Shown here piece after piece: positions 28,361-37,969 of a DNA stretch of 64,000 bases. Every line of letters starts with the position of its first letter. Position 1 is the first letter of the stretch. The DNA comes from Promethearchaeota archaeon (GTDB taxonomy: Archaea; Asgardarchaeota; Lokiarchaeia; Sigyniarchaeales; SOKP01). The stretch spans positions 1 to 64,000 of the forward strand of contig JAUVNS010000006.1 in the NCBI GenBank assembly GCA_030599585.1, read 5' to 3'. Under the pieces are notes generated by a model. The model saw only the letters and a list, made by a program, of their open reading frames with translations. It ran no database searches and was not told the origin of the DNA. The position numbers were made by a program, and so were the translations under genes.

Positions 28361-28873
28361 ATGCCAACTAAAAGTAAGAAAAGAGGAAGTTGGAAAATAG
28401 ACTGGGGACGACAAGGACGAGTTACTTTTGCATATATAATTGTTTTTCTTGCTTATTACGGTATTATTGTTAATATTTTTATGTTCGACGAAGGAGAGAA
28501 TTGGTTTTCCTTTGCGGATATACCCAGTTCTGTAAAATCGATACTTTTTTGGACTTACGGATTTGTATTTATTAGCCCAAGTTGGTATTTCGTTGATTGT
28601 TTATTATTATTTTTGGTTTGTTTTTGGTTAACCTATAAAGAAGATATTGCGCATTATGGAATTAGAGCTTCTTTATGGTTAGTTCCTTTTATTGTTTTTG
28701 AAGGTTTCGTTCTATACTTAATCATGTTTGGATTTTCTGTTGAACCACTCATTCTTCAGTTTGCATCTATACAGGGGTATGTCAATTTGTTAATTTTATT
28801 TGGTATAAATATAAGTGGAGCATTTTCTGGTATGTTTTTGAAGAGATATATTAAAGCTCGACTTGAAATTTAA
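28361..28873 (+). CDS. Four-TM accessory membrane protein heading the transporter operon
   Basis: 170 aa with 4 hydrophobic helices, ending 35 nt before the permease ATG. Confidence 0.75.
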   Translation: MPTKSKKRGSWKIDWGRQGRVTFAYIIVFLAYYGIIVNIFMFDEGENWFSFADIPSSVKSILFWTYGFVFISPSWYFVDCLLLFLVCFWLTYKEDIAHYGIRASLWLVPFIVFEGFVLYLIMFGFSVEPLILQFASIQGYVNLLILFGINISGAFSGMFLKRYIKARLEI

Positions 28874-28908
28874 CGAGGTGAATTAATATCGCTAAAAAAT
28901 CTATTAAT

Positions 28909-30147
28909 ATGGTTAAATATATTATAAGACGCATCCTCGTGATGATTCCAATGTTATTCGTTGTCTTGACAATCACTTTTTTTTTATCTCATGCTATGTC
29001 TATAAATCCTTTACAATCGATGATGACTGGATGGGATATAAATATTTATTTCGACGAAATGGAAAGATTAGGTTTAAATGAACCAATTTATGTTCAATTC
29101 GCATATTACCTTCGAGATTTTTTCACAGGTAATTGGGGGGAATCTTATAGTGGTCCATTTCAGGGTTGGTCAGTTAACGACGTAATTACAACAGTTCTTC
29201 CAAGGACGCTTGAGTTAATGATTATTCCAATTATTATAACACCTATAATTGCTGTTAAACTGGGGACCACATCTGCAAAAAATAGGATGAAGAGGAAAGA
29301 TATTTTGATTAGATCTGTAGCAGTTGTTGGTGCGGGATTTCCTAGTTTTTGGATCGCTATATTGCTTCAATTTTTGTTTGGTAGGATATTATATGAAGCA
29401 ACTTTTTTTGAATTTGATATTGAAATTTATAATTCTAATAGTGTTATATTGAATCCCTCTTTTCCAGACATGATACCAACTCCATCTAATATCTTTTTCG
29501 TTGTATTTTTTCTCTTTTTAATGATTGGAGGATTTTACCTAATTTATCGTGGTAATAAACTCAGAAAACGGGAGGAACCATCAACTAGAAATTATTTACT
29601 TTTGTTTATTTCAGGAATATTAATCTGCTTTATTGCAATTGTTCCAATTATGAATCACATAAATACGTATGGCACAAAGTTTAGACTTCTTGATAGTATT
29701 ATATTCAATGACCCTATCTATTTTTGGGATACAATTGCTCATTTATTGCTTCCTTCGATTTCGATGACATTTCTAAGTCTTGCCGGTATTACACGTTTAA
29801 CAAGGTCCAGCATGTTAGAAGTACTAGATCAGGACTACATAAGAACGGCTCGTGCTAAAGGAGTTCCTGAAAAAGAGATCATTAATAAGCACGCACTTCG
29901 CAATGCATTAATTCCAACAAGTAATCTTATTATAGGGGGAGTTGCTAGTGCTCTATTGGGGTCATTATTTATTGAACTAATATATGGATATTCTGGATTT
30001 GGGAACACTTTCTTTTTTGCGATAATGAATGGAAATATTCCATTAATAAATGGATGTGTAATGGTTGCTACAATAATCCTATTAAGTAGCAATTTGCTTG
30101 CGGATGTGATGTACACTATTATTGATCCTAGGATTATCTATACATGA
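28909..30147 (+). CDS. DppB/OppB-type permease with an inserted two-TM hairpin
   Basis: KYIIRRIL, LGLNEPIYVQF, GNWGES, DYIRTARAKG, HALRNAL, IIDPRI. Possible ATC start at 28888. Confidence 0.92.
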   Translation: MVKYIIRRILVMIPMLFVVLTITFFLSHAMSINPLQSMMTGWDINIYFDEMERLGLNEPIYVQFAYYLRDFFTGNWGESYSGPFQGWSVNDVITTVLPRTLELMIIPIIITPIIAVKLGTTSAKNRMKRKDILIRSVAVVGAGFPSFWIAILLQFLFGRILYEATFFEFDIEIYNSNSVILNPSFPDMIPTPSNIFFVVFFLFLMIGGFYLIYRGNKLRKREEPSTRNYLLLFISGILICFIAIVPIMNHINTYGTKFRLLDSIIFNDPIYFWDTIAHLLLPSISMTFLSLAGITRLTRSSMLEVLDQDYIRTARAKGVPEKEIINKHALRNALIPTSNLIIGGVASALLGSLFIELIYGYSGFGNTFFFAIMNGNIPLINGCVMVATIILLSSNLLADVMYTIIDPRIIYT

Positions 30148-31163
30148 AAATAAACTTTAAAATAAAACATAGGCGAATATTTTTGATTAAGTTAGAAGAA
30201 GAAACTACGATAAATACCAAAAATAAAGATAAACCGGGAATTTTATCGTTAATAAAATTTTATCTAATTCCGGGTTGGAGAGTTCCTGAATTCTCTGAAC
30301 AAGAGTATGAAATTGAGAAGACAAGATCTAAAAGAAGGTTCTTTCGTCATTTACTTACTCCTTTGACAATAGTCGGTTCTTTAATTATTTTAGGTTTTGT
30401 TTTCATGGGCGTATTTACTTCATGGTTAACAAGATATCCTCTCCAAACCCTAGTACCTCCATCGATTCCGGGTGTTCCTTATGAGCTTCCGAGCTTATTG
30501 CATCCATTAGGAACTACTAATAATGGCTATGATGTTCTGGCAAGAATACTTTGGGGTACTCAAACTTCATTATTTATGGCTGTGATACCTACTGGAATTG
30601 CAGTTGGTGGAGGATTAGTACTTGGAGTTATCTCAGCATATTTTGGAGGTAAAGTGGACTATATTTTTATGCGAGCTGTGGATTTAATATATTCAATACC
30701 TACTTTAGTAATAGTTTTAATTTTAACGCAGATTTTCGGCTTGAATATGATGGACATTTTAATAATCTATGGAAGCTTTGCTATTGCTGGCAATTTAAGA
30801 TTTATGAGATCATTAGTTTTGCAAATAAGAGAAATGTTGTATGTTAAGGCGGCAAAGACAGGAGGTGCATTAAAGTTTAAAGTAATGTTTTCACACATTT
30901 TTCCAAATGCCTTACCTCCTATGATTTTAACTTTTTTTGGACAGATGGCAATTACCATGTTAGGAATAGCCGCAATTGCATTTCTCGGCCTAACTACCTC
31001 CCAAATTCCAAACTGGGGACAAGATATTGCCTGGGGGAATATTTATGAAGATAATTTCTTTGCTTTTTTAATTCCCGGTTTATGCACGGCGTTTTTTGCT
31101 ATTGCAGCCATGTTAATTGGTGATGGTTTACGAGATGCTATAGATCCTAGATTAAAAATATAA
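30144..31163 (+). CDS. DppC/OppC-type permease
   Basis: HPLGTTNNGYDVLARILWG, YVKAAK..G, HIFPN, GDGLRDAIDPR. Likely TTG start at 30183. Confidence 0.92.
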   Translation: MKINFKIKHRRIFLIKLEEETTINTKNKDKPGILSLIKFYLIPGWRVPEFSEQEYEIEKTRSKRRFFRHLLTPLTIVGSLIILGFVFMGVFTSWLTRYPLQTLVPPSIPGVPYELPSLLHPLGTTNNGYDVLARILWGTQTSLFMAVIPTGIAVGGGLVLGVISAYFGGKVDYIFMRAVDLIYSIPTLVIVLILTQIFGLNMMDILIIYGSFAIAGNLRFMRSLVLQIREMLYVKAAKTGGALKFKVMFSHIFPNALPPMILTFFGQMAITMLGIAAIAFLGLTTSQIPNWGQDIAWGNIYEDNFFAFLIPGLCTAFFAIAAMLIGDGLRDAIDPRLKI

Positions 31164-31187
31164 TTAAATAAAGAATAAAATAAAAAA

Positions 31188-33101
31188 ATGATATTTCAGA
31201 TAATCGTCTACATTAATCCGCTAATGGCATTTTTAGAGACTCTTTTACTAATAATACTTCTACTTGTAGGGTTTTATATTATTTATAGACTTATTCCAAG
31301 GGAATCTAGATTTGATGACAAATCTTTTGGTTTAAGTGCGGGAATTAGTTGTTTGATTTGTTTTGGAATATTCATGGTTATCAAGATTCTCTTTCAGATG
31401 TTTGAATCTTTTCATGAAATTTTTACAGCGTTGTCTAAAGATCTCTTTCTATTTGGTGTAGGAGTTTTATTATTCGCTCAATTTTATAGATTATTAGAGT
31501 CAAGAAAAAAGCGAAAAATCAGCAATGAGTTTAAGAAATGGACCAGACTATATGTAATTTTATGTTTAGCACTATCTTTGTCGTTTTTCTCTATTGATCT
31601 TCTTGATATTTTAAACATTTCATTATACATCGAACCCCTTGTTAGAGCGTTTATCTCTGTACTATCTTCACCAGCAGGGTTTAACGATATTTTCTATCTC
31701 AGTTTTATGAATCAATTTGGAATCGTATTTTTTTGTTTAATAATTACTTATCTTTTGAATAGAATGAGAGGTATAAACACTAGAATAGCTAAACTTGTGT
31801 TAAAAAAGGCAATGATAATTAGTAGTTTTATTACTTACTTCTTATGGTCCTTCCTTACCTTTCTTTTTGTTGCATATTTAGGTAATTTTTTCGATTTTGG
31901 TAGTTTTTTCTTAGATTTTCGAGTTCAGATAATTACCAATATTGGAACTTATATTGTTTTATTTTTTTATTTCCTAAAATATAAGTATTTACCGGAAAGC
32001 GGTGAAATAACCAGGTATAGACTTCAAGAGGAAATCAAAAAGAAGGAAGAAGATCGCATCGGAGAGCTGAAAGATGTTGTTTTGGAAGTTGAAAATCTTA
32101 AAACATATTTCTACACGGAAGAAGGAGTTGTGAGAGCTTTAGAGGAAATATCTTTAGAGATAAAGAAAGGTGAAGTATTAGGGCTAGTAGGGGAAACAGG
32201 TTGTGGAAAAACGGTCACAGCATTATCTATTCTTCAGATAATAAGAGATCCAGGGGTAATTGAAGCCGGACGGATTATTTATAAAGGAGAAGATTTACTG
32301 AAAAAAAATGAGGAAGAAATGTTAAATTATCGTGGAAAAGAAATAACGATGATTTTTCAGGATCCTTTACTTTCCTTAAATCCTGTTTTTAAAGTAGGAA
32401 AACAGATATCTGAAGTTTATCTTCTGAATATGGAAAAAGAATTGACTTTGGAAGCTTTAAAAAACCCCAAAACAAGTATATATGGAATTGCTCGTGATTG
32501 GAGTGTAAAAATGTTAGAAGATTTAAATATTCCTAATGCTGAAAGCATCTATGACCTATATCCTCACGAATTAAGTGGTGGTATGAGACAAAGAGTCCAA
32601 ATTGCTATGGCTCTTGCATGTAATCCAAGTTTATTGATAGCAGATGAACCAACGACTGCTTTGGATGTGACTGTTCAGAATCAAATACTAAAACTTATGA
32701 AAGATTTATTGAAGAAATATGAAACTTCAATTTTGTTTATTACACATGATTTAGGAATTATTTCAAAGGTAAGTGACAAAGTCGCGGTGATGTATAGTGG
32801 TTATATTGTGGAAAATGGCGCGCGAAAAACATTATTTAGTTCTCCATTTCATCCGTATACTAAAGCTCTCTTGAGATCGATTCCAAAAGTAAGAGAAGAA
32901 AAAGAAAAATTAGAGGTCATTCGTGGATCAGTTCCTAATTTAATATATCCTCCTTCAGGTTGTCGTTTTCATCCACGTTGCCCCTATCGATTTGAAATAT
33001 GTGATTCAATAATACCAAAAAATATAGAAGTTAGCCCAGATTATTATGTGGCTTGTCATCTCTATGATCCTGAATTTAAAGATCATACAGAAAAGATATA
33101 A
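31188..33101 (+). CDS. DppD/OppD-type ATPase with ~270-aa N-terminal multi-TM domain
   Basis: About 7 hydrophobic segments, then VLEVENLKTYF, GETGCGKT, LSGGMRQR, ADEPTTALD, PPSGCRFHPRC. Confidence 0.9.
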   Translation: MIFQIIVYINPLMAFLETLLLIILLLVGFYIIYRLIPRESRFDDKSFGLSAGISCLICFGIFMVIKILFQMFESFHEIFTALSKDLFLFGVGVLLFAQFYRLLESRKKRKISNEFKKWTRLYVILCLALSLSFFSIDLLDILNISLYIEPLVRAFISVLSSPAGFNDIFYLSFMNQFGIVFFCLIITYLLNRMRGINTRIAKLVLKKAMIISSFITYFLWSFLTFLFVAYLGNFFDFGSFFLDFRVQIITNIGTYIVLFFYFLKYKYLPESGEITRYRLQEEIKKKEEDRIGELKDVVLEVENLKTYFYTEEGVVRALEEISLEIKKGEVLGLVGETGCGKTVTALSILQIIRDPGVIEAGRIIYKGEDLLKKNEEEMLNYRGKEITMIFQDPLLSLNPVFKVGKQISEVYLLNMEKELTLEALKNPKTSIYGIARDWSVKMLEDLNIPNAESIYDLYPHELSGGMRQRVQIAMALACNPSLLIADEPTTALDVTVQNQILKLMKDLLKKYETSILFITHDLGIISKVSDKVAVMYSGYIVENGARKTLFSSPFHPYTKALLRSIPKVREEKEKLEVIRGSVPNLIYPPSGCRFHPRCPYRFEICDSIIPKNIEVSPDYYVACHLYDPEFKDHTEKI

Positions 33102-33124
33102 TAAAAAATAATTTGAGAATGTGA

Positions 33125-34900
33125 TTGATTTTGTTATTACAAACCTTTAGAAATGAACCTTGGATTCAAATAAGTTTATTAATTGTTGTTTTTATAATTG
33201 GAATTGCTTTACAAAAATCATATAATAAAAATATACTGAAGTTAGAAACTTATACGAACGGTTTTTCTCTAACATTGAGAAAAAACTCTCCTTTTATGAG
33301 ATTAATCTTTTTAAATCTTACTTGGTTAATAGTTAATCTTTCAGGAATTTTTATTTCCTTCTTTCTATTTAATTTTGTTTTTTTTTATTTGGTTAACATA
33401 ATTGATGTTTTATTGATTATTGCTAATATAATTATAGGTACTCTATTGTACATGAAATTGTATAATAAAGAATTAAAAAATTCTCTCATTACAATCACAC
33501 TAATTCAAATAGTTCTAAGTGGGATTGGTATCTTGCTTAACCTTTTTTTTAAGGTATTCCAAACCAGTTTGTCTCTACCTGATGATCAAGTAATGATTTA
33601 TTTCTTCGAATATATTATAAGTGTTGTAATAACGATTAGCCTTACAATATTTTTTATTAAATATGGGAGTAAAATCCAATTAGTTTATGAGACAACAGGT
33701 TTAATAGCTCTTACAGCTGTTATACCAGGGTTGATTTTTATTTCAATTAATTTTCTTTTAGACCCAGTATTTATTTTTTATAATCTCGTTCAAGTTATTA
33801 TAGTTGCCTTGGCTATTTCTATTATTTTAGCAATAATTCTTAAAAAGCTTTCATATAGAAAAATCCCTCGATATGATTTAGAAGAAATGAAAGCTCTTGA
33901 AAAAGGTCAAGCCCTATTGGACATTGAAGATTTAAAAGTCCATTATCCGCTTCTTAAAGGTGTTTTAAGAAAACAAATTGGTTCTGTCAAAGCAGTAGAT
34001 GGTGTTTCCTTTAGCATTAAAGCTGGTGAAACTGTTGGATTAGTTGGAGAAAGTGGATGTGGAAAAACAACAGTAGCTTTGGCTATTTTAGGATTAATCG
34101 AGAAAACATCAGGTAATTTGTTATTAAAAGAAGAACTCCTACCAAAAGATTATTCGCGTATAATAAGAAAAAGTATTCAAATGGTATTCCAAGATCCTGA
34201 TGCTTCATTAAACCCTCAATTGAAAGTAATAGATATCATTGCAGAGCCGCTCAAAAACATATTGGGAATCACTAATAATATTAAACTTAGAAAGCATGTG
34301 TTAAAACTTTTAGAAGAAGTCTCTCTAAAGAAAGAGCATTTAGATAGATATCCGCATGAATTCTCAGGGGGACAAAAGCAACGAATAATCATTGCCAGAG
34401 CATTAGCTTGTAATCCAGAACTAATTATACTGGACGAACCTACTTCTGCCCTTGATGTATCTGTTCAAGCTCAAATCCTTAATTTACTCAGAGATTTACA
34501 AAGAACTTATAATTACGGTTTTCTATTTATCACACATGATTTATCTGTGGTTCATCACATCGCTGATCGGATTGCTGTTATGTATCTTGGCAAAATTGTT
34601 GAAGTGGGTAATAAAAAACAGATATTCTCAAATCCCACTCACCCATACACTAAAGCCCTTCTCGCGTCCCGTTCAGAAGTCAGTGAAGAGGATCGGGAGA
34701 TTACCTTTGTTCTTTCAGGAGAGGTTCCAAGTCCAATTAATCCACCTCCAGGTTGCAGTTTTCATCCCAGGTGTTATACAGAATCGTATAACGAACTATG
34801 CAAACAAGAATCACCTCATAAGATTGAAGTAGAAGAAGGGCATTTTATTTGGTGTGTGAACGAGGAAGTACTAAGAGATACTCACGATTTTGTTTTTTAA
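33125..34900 (+). CDS. DppF/OppF-type ATPase with ~240-aa N-terminal multi-TM domain
   Basis: About 7 hydrophobic segments, then VKAVDGVSF, GESGCGKT, FSGGQKQR, LDEPTSALD, PPPGCSFHPRC. Confidence 0.9.
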   Translation: MILLLQTFRNEPWIQISLLIVVFIIGIALQKSYNKNILKLETYTNGFSLTLRKNSPFMRLIFLNLTWLIVNLSGIFISFFLFNFVFFYLVNIIDVLLIIANIIIGTLLYMKLYNKELKNSLITITLIQIVLSGIGILLNLFFKVFQTSLSLPDDQVMIYFFEYIISVVITISLTIFFIKYGSKIQLVYETTGLIALTAVIPGLIFISINFLLDPVFIFYNLVQVIIVALAISIILAIILKKLSYRKIPRYDLEEMKALEKGQALLDIEDLKVHYPLLKGVLRKQIGSVKAVDGVSFSIKAGETVGLVGESGCGKTTVALAILGLIEKTSGNLLLKEELLPKDYSRIIRKSIQMVFQDPDASLNPQLKVIDIIAEPLKNILGITNNIKLRKHVLKLLEEVSLKKEHLDRYPHEFSGGQKQRIIIARALACNPELIILDEPTSALDVSVQAQILNLLRDLQRTYNYGFLFITHDLSVVHHIADRIAVMYLGKIVEVGNKKQIFSNPTHPYTKALLASRSEVSEEDREITFVLSGEVPSPINPPPGCSFHPRCYTESYNELCKQESPHKIEVEEGHFIWCVNEEVLRDTHDFVF

Positions 34901-34921
34901 TAATTAGCTTCTTTTTTTCAA

Positions 34922-34935
34922 ATTACATTAGTAAT
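34922..34935. promoter_or_regulatory. WTTAC-N4-GTAAW box (ATTACATTAGTAAT)
   Basis: About 24 nt upstream of TTTATATA (34960), which precedes the 35015 gene. Confidence 0.7.
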
Positions 34936-35014
34936 TTACAGAGTTTTTACCAGTTATATTTTATATAATGAAGTACTTTTTCTTTAGAATTTATTAAAAA
35001 AGTGCTTAAATATA

Positions 35015-37099
35015 ATGATAAAAAAAAGAAGAAAACTAAAAATTATATGCATAATCTCCTTAGTTCTGATTTGTACTTCATATTCTTTATCTTTTCTAGG
35101 ATTTACCAGCGAAGGTGAGTATAATTCATCTACTTTCTCACCTATTACTGCCCAAGGAGGTGTCCATTGGCCAGGAAATTCAAGTGAATGGACAGAAATA
35201 GATCCTGCAGACCAGGGATTAGATGCTGATAAGATATCGCAAATGTTTGATGTAATTGAATCTTCTTCGTACGATATCCACAGTGTTATCATTGTAAAGA
35301 ATGGGTATCTTATAAGAGAAGAGTTCTTAAATGATTCGGTAATTCGTCCAGAGGAAACATACGCAGATGGGACTAAACTCCATTTCCAAGCTTCCACAAC
35401 CAAATCCTTAATGTCTCTTTTAATTGGGGCTGCTATAGGACAAGGTTTTTTAAATGATATAAATCAGACTCTCTACGAATTTTTTGCTGATATTTGGAGT
35501 CCTAGTTTTGCTAATAGTACGCTAAAAAAGAACATTACAATAGAACAGCTGTTAATGATGAATGCAGGGCTTATGGGCTCTTATGATTCTGCTTATCCCG
35601 AAGGTTCTACTGTTTTGATTGATTGTATTAATTGGACGCTTAATAACGTGCCTATACAATATACTCCTGGAGAACTTGGAGGTTTTGCATATAGTAATGA
35701 TGGACCTCATCTCTTATCAGGGATAATAGCTAATGTAACTGGGATGAACACATCTGCTTTTGCTCAACAGTATTTATTCGGACCAATGGGAATAACAGAA
35801 GAAGAATGGAGTTGGCGGAATGATAGCAAAGGTGTTAGTTTAGGGGGATATGGATTTGATTGTTCACCGAAAGTACAAGCAAAAATAGGAGTACTATGTT
35901 TGAATAATGGTAATTGGAATGGCACTCAACTGATACCTTCAGATTATGTAAAGGAAGCGACATCATTCAAGACATCTCATGGAAGATGGACTTATGCTCC
36001 CCCAACTGATATCTTTAATTATGGATATCTATTCTATACTAACGACTCTAATAATGGATACCATACAGCTGGTGCAGGTGGGCAAAATATCTATGTTATT
36101 CCGGACTACAATACAACTGTAGCTTTTACAGGTTGGGACATGTCTGATGCAGTGTATAAGAGTTTTATATATGATTATATTCTTTATGCTGAAAGTAATG
36201 ATACTAAATGGGAACGAACCAGTGATTGGACTGGTGCAGAAGAAAAAACATATACTTGGGAAACAACTGAAGCGGATGAAAGTACACTATTACAGATGAA
36301 TACAGAATTAAAGCTTTCTCTCGGAGCTTCTTCTCGGCAATATTCTTTTAGTTCGGGAACTGCTACTGGTTTAGCGGGATCTGGGATGATAATAGAAGCA
36401 ACTATAACGAATGTCGCCTACGACCAATTGTCTGCGTCATTCAACGGGAATGTTTCAATTTTAAGCGGAGATGTGACTACAGAAATCGGTGGAGTAACAG
36501 ACATCTACGGCCTCACATCTAGTGGAGAAATTTGCATAATTGCCAATGAATCTAACACAGATAATTTAGACGCACATTTAACTATGTATTATAAGTATTC
36601 AAGCATATTTTACACATTTCCATTAGATTACATGATGCCCTCTGGTTATGGTTGGACGAGTACTGGTTATAATCTGTATCTACTATTTACCGCGATAAAT
36701 ACTGATTGGGATTATGTACTCTCAAATTGGAACGCTACCCTTCAAGGCTCACTGACTTATGGTACAGACTATACACTGGAGAAATCTGGGAATGGGTGGA
36801 ATGTTTGGTATAATGTGGGTGCCACAAATCCATTTCTCGTTCCTATTTGGGGTGACTATGACCAGACAGAGACACTCGAAATTACATTTGAATATGATAA
36901 CAATGGTGTTTTAAACTATTCCTCGGTAAGTTATGGTGGAGTAGTTGCTCATAGATTAGAGCTAAAGGTTGAAGCACCTCCAACTCCGCCTCCCGAAATT
37001 CCGGGTTACGATCTTGTCTATTTGTTAGGTGTTAGCACATTTGCTGGAGTAAGCATAATATTACTTAAAAAACGCAGAAAATTTCAGAAAGAACTTTAA
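35015..37099 (+). CDS. Surface-anchored serine hydrolase of the class C beta-lactamase/PBP-like family
   Basis: Signal peptide; SxxK (STTK), YSN, HTAG; extra C-terminal domain, Pro linker, IPGY-TM-KKRRK anchor. Confidence 0.88.
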   Translation: MIKKRRKLKIICIISLVLICTSYSLSFLGFTSEGEYNSSTFSPITAQGGVHWPGNSSEWTEIDPADQGLDADKISQMFDVIESSSYDIHSVIIVKNGYLIREEFLNDSVIRPEETYADGTKLHFQASTTKSLMSLLIGAAIGQGFLNDINQTLYEFFADIWSPSFANSTLKKNITIEQLLMMNAGLMGSYDSAYPEGSTVLIDCINWTLNNVPIQYTPGELGGFAYSNDGPHLLSGIIANVTGMNTSAFAQQYLFGPMGITEEEWSWRNDSKGVSLGGYGFDCSPKVQAKIGVLCLNNGNWNGTQLIPSDYVKEATSFKTSHGRWTYAPPTDIFNYGYLFYTNDSNNGYHTAGAGGQNIYVIPDYNTTVAFTGWDMSDAVYKSFIYDYILYAESNDTKWERTSDWTGAEEKTYTWETTEADESTLLQMNTELKLSLGASSRQYSFSSGTATGLAGSGMIIEATITNVAYDQLSASFNGNVSILSGDVTTEIGGVTDIYGLTSSGEICIIANESNTDNLDAHLTMYYKYSSIFYTFPLDYMMPSGYGWTSTGYNLYLLFTAINTDWDYVLSNWNATLQGSLTYGTDYTLEKSGNGWNVWYNVGATNPFLVPIWGDYDQTETLEITFEYDNNGVLNYSSVSYGGVVAHRLELKVEAPPTPPPEIPGYDLVYLLGVSTFAGVSIILLKKRRKFQKEL

Positions 37100-37145
37100 A
37101 TATTTACATTTTAAAATAATTCTCTTTTTTTTTTTAAACTCTTAA

Positions 37146-37919
37146 CTATTTTAATTTTTTAAAATATTCTCTGTAGCCTTTCTTTACTATATTATGTTGG
37201 CTAATCTTCACACTTGGAGGTAGTTCGACATATTGCTTCATTTTATCTAAATAAAATTGAACCTTACCTTCGAACTCCTTTTGTAAAATAACGGGATCCG
37301 GGAGATGAAACGATCTACAAGCAATCAAGCCCATTATTGCATTTCCTATAGGATTTACATGCAAACCGTCAAGCATTAATTCGGAATATGTGTTTTTGTC
37401 ATTCTTATAAAACGCTGAGAAATACTTGTATTGATCGATAAGTGGGATTTGCCTTTCAGAACTAATCATCCTTTTAATTTCCATATAATCTGGAAACTTT
37501 TGAAATGTTTCAGACATTTCTTCAAATATCGGGCAATAATATGTTTGAAGAATTGGTAAACACTTGATTCCATATAGTTTATCAATAATTTTATCCAAGC
37601 TAGCTCTATAATCATCAAGTGGCATTCCTGCATTGGCATCATTACCACCTATGGTTATAAAGGTAATATCCGGTTTGTAGTTAATAACATCACGATCGAT
37701 TCTTTTTAATAGGTCTTCGACTGTTTCTCCATTAATCCCTTGATTTATAGTAGTTATCTGTCTTCCAACCCATTCACGGAAAGAAGCTGTTAGCCAGGAA
37801 AACCAATTAAAATGACCTAAAGAGTGCCAATGAAGTTCGGTATTACTCGATCCGAAAGCAATAATGCGAATTGCTTTACTTGGTTCTTTTTTCCAATTTC
37901 TTGTTAATTGTTTAAGCAT
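37146..37919 (-). CDS. SGNH/GDSL hydrolase
   Basis: FGSSNT, NQGING, GGND, DGLH. Confidence 0.88.
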   Translation of the reverse strand: MLKQLTRNWKKEPSKAIRIIAFGSSNTELHWHSLGHFNWFSWLTASFREWVGRQITTINQGINGETVEDLLKRIDRDVINYKPDITFITIGGNDANAGMPLDDYRASLDKIIDKLYGIKCLPILQTYYCPIFEEMSETFQKFPDYMEIKRMISSERQIPLIDQYKYFSAFYKNDKNTYSELMLDGLHVNPIGNAIMGLIACRSFHLPDPVILQKEFEGKVQFYLDKMKQYVELPPSVKISQHNIVKKGYREYFKKLK

Positions 37920-37969
37920 TTTTACTTAGGCTCTTTAATTTTTCAGTTATTCTTTTTATTATCGCAAAA

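Noticed and set aside
35015-37099. Antibiotic-resistance beta-lactamase
   Set aside because: The SxxK fold is shared with esterases and peptidases; an archaeal host and the catabolic context argue against resistance.
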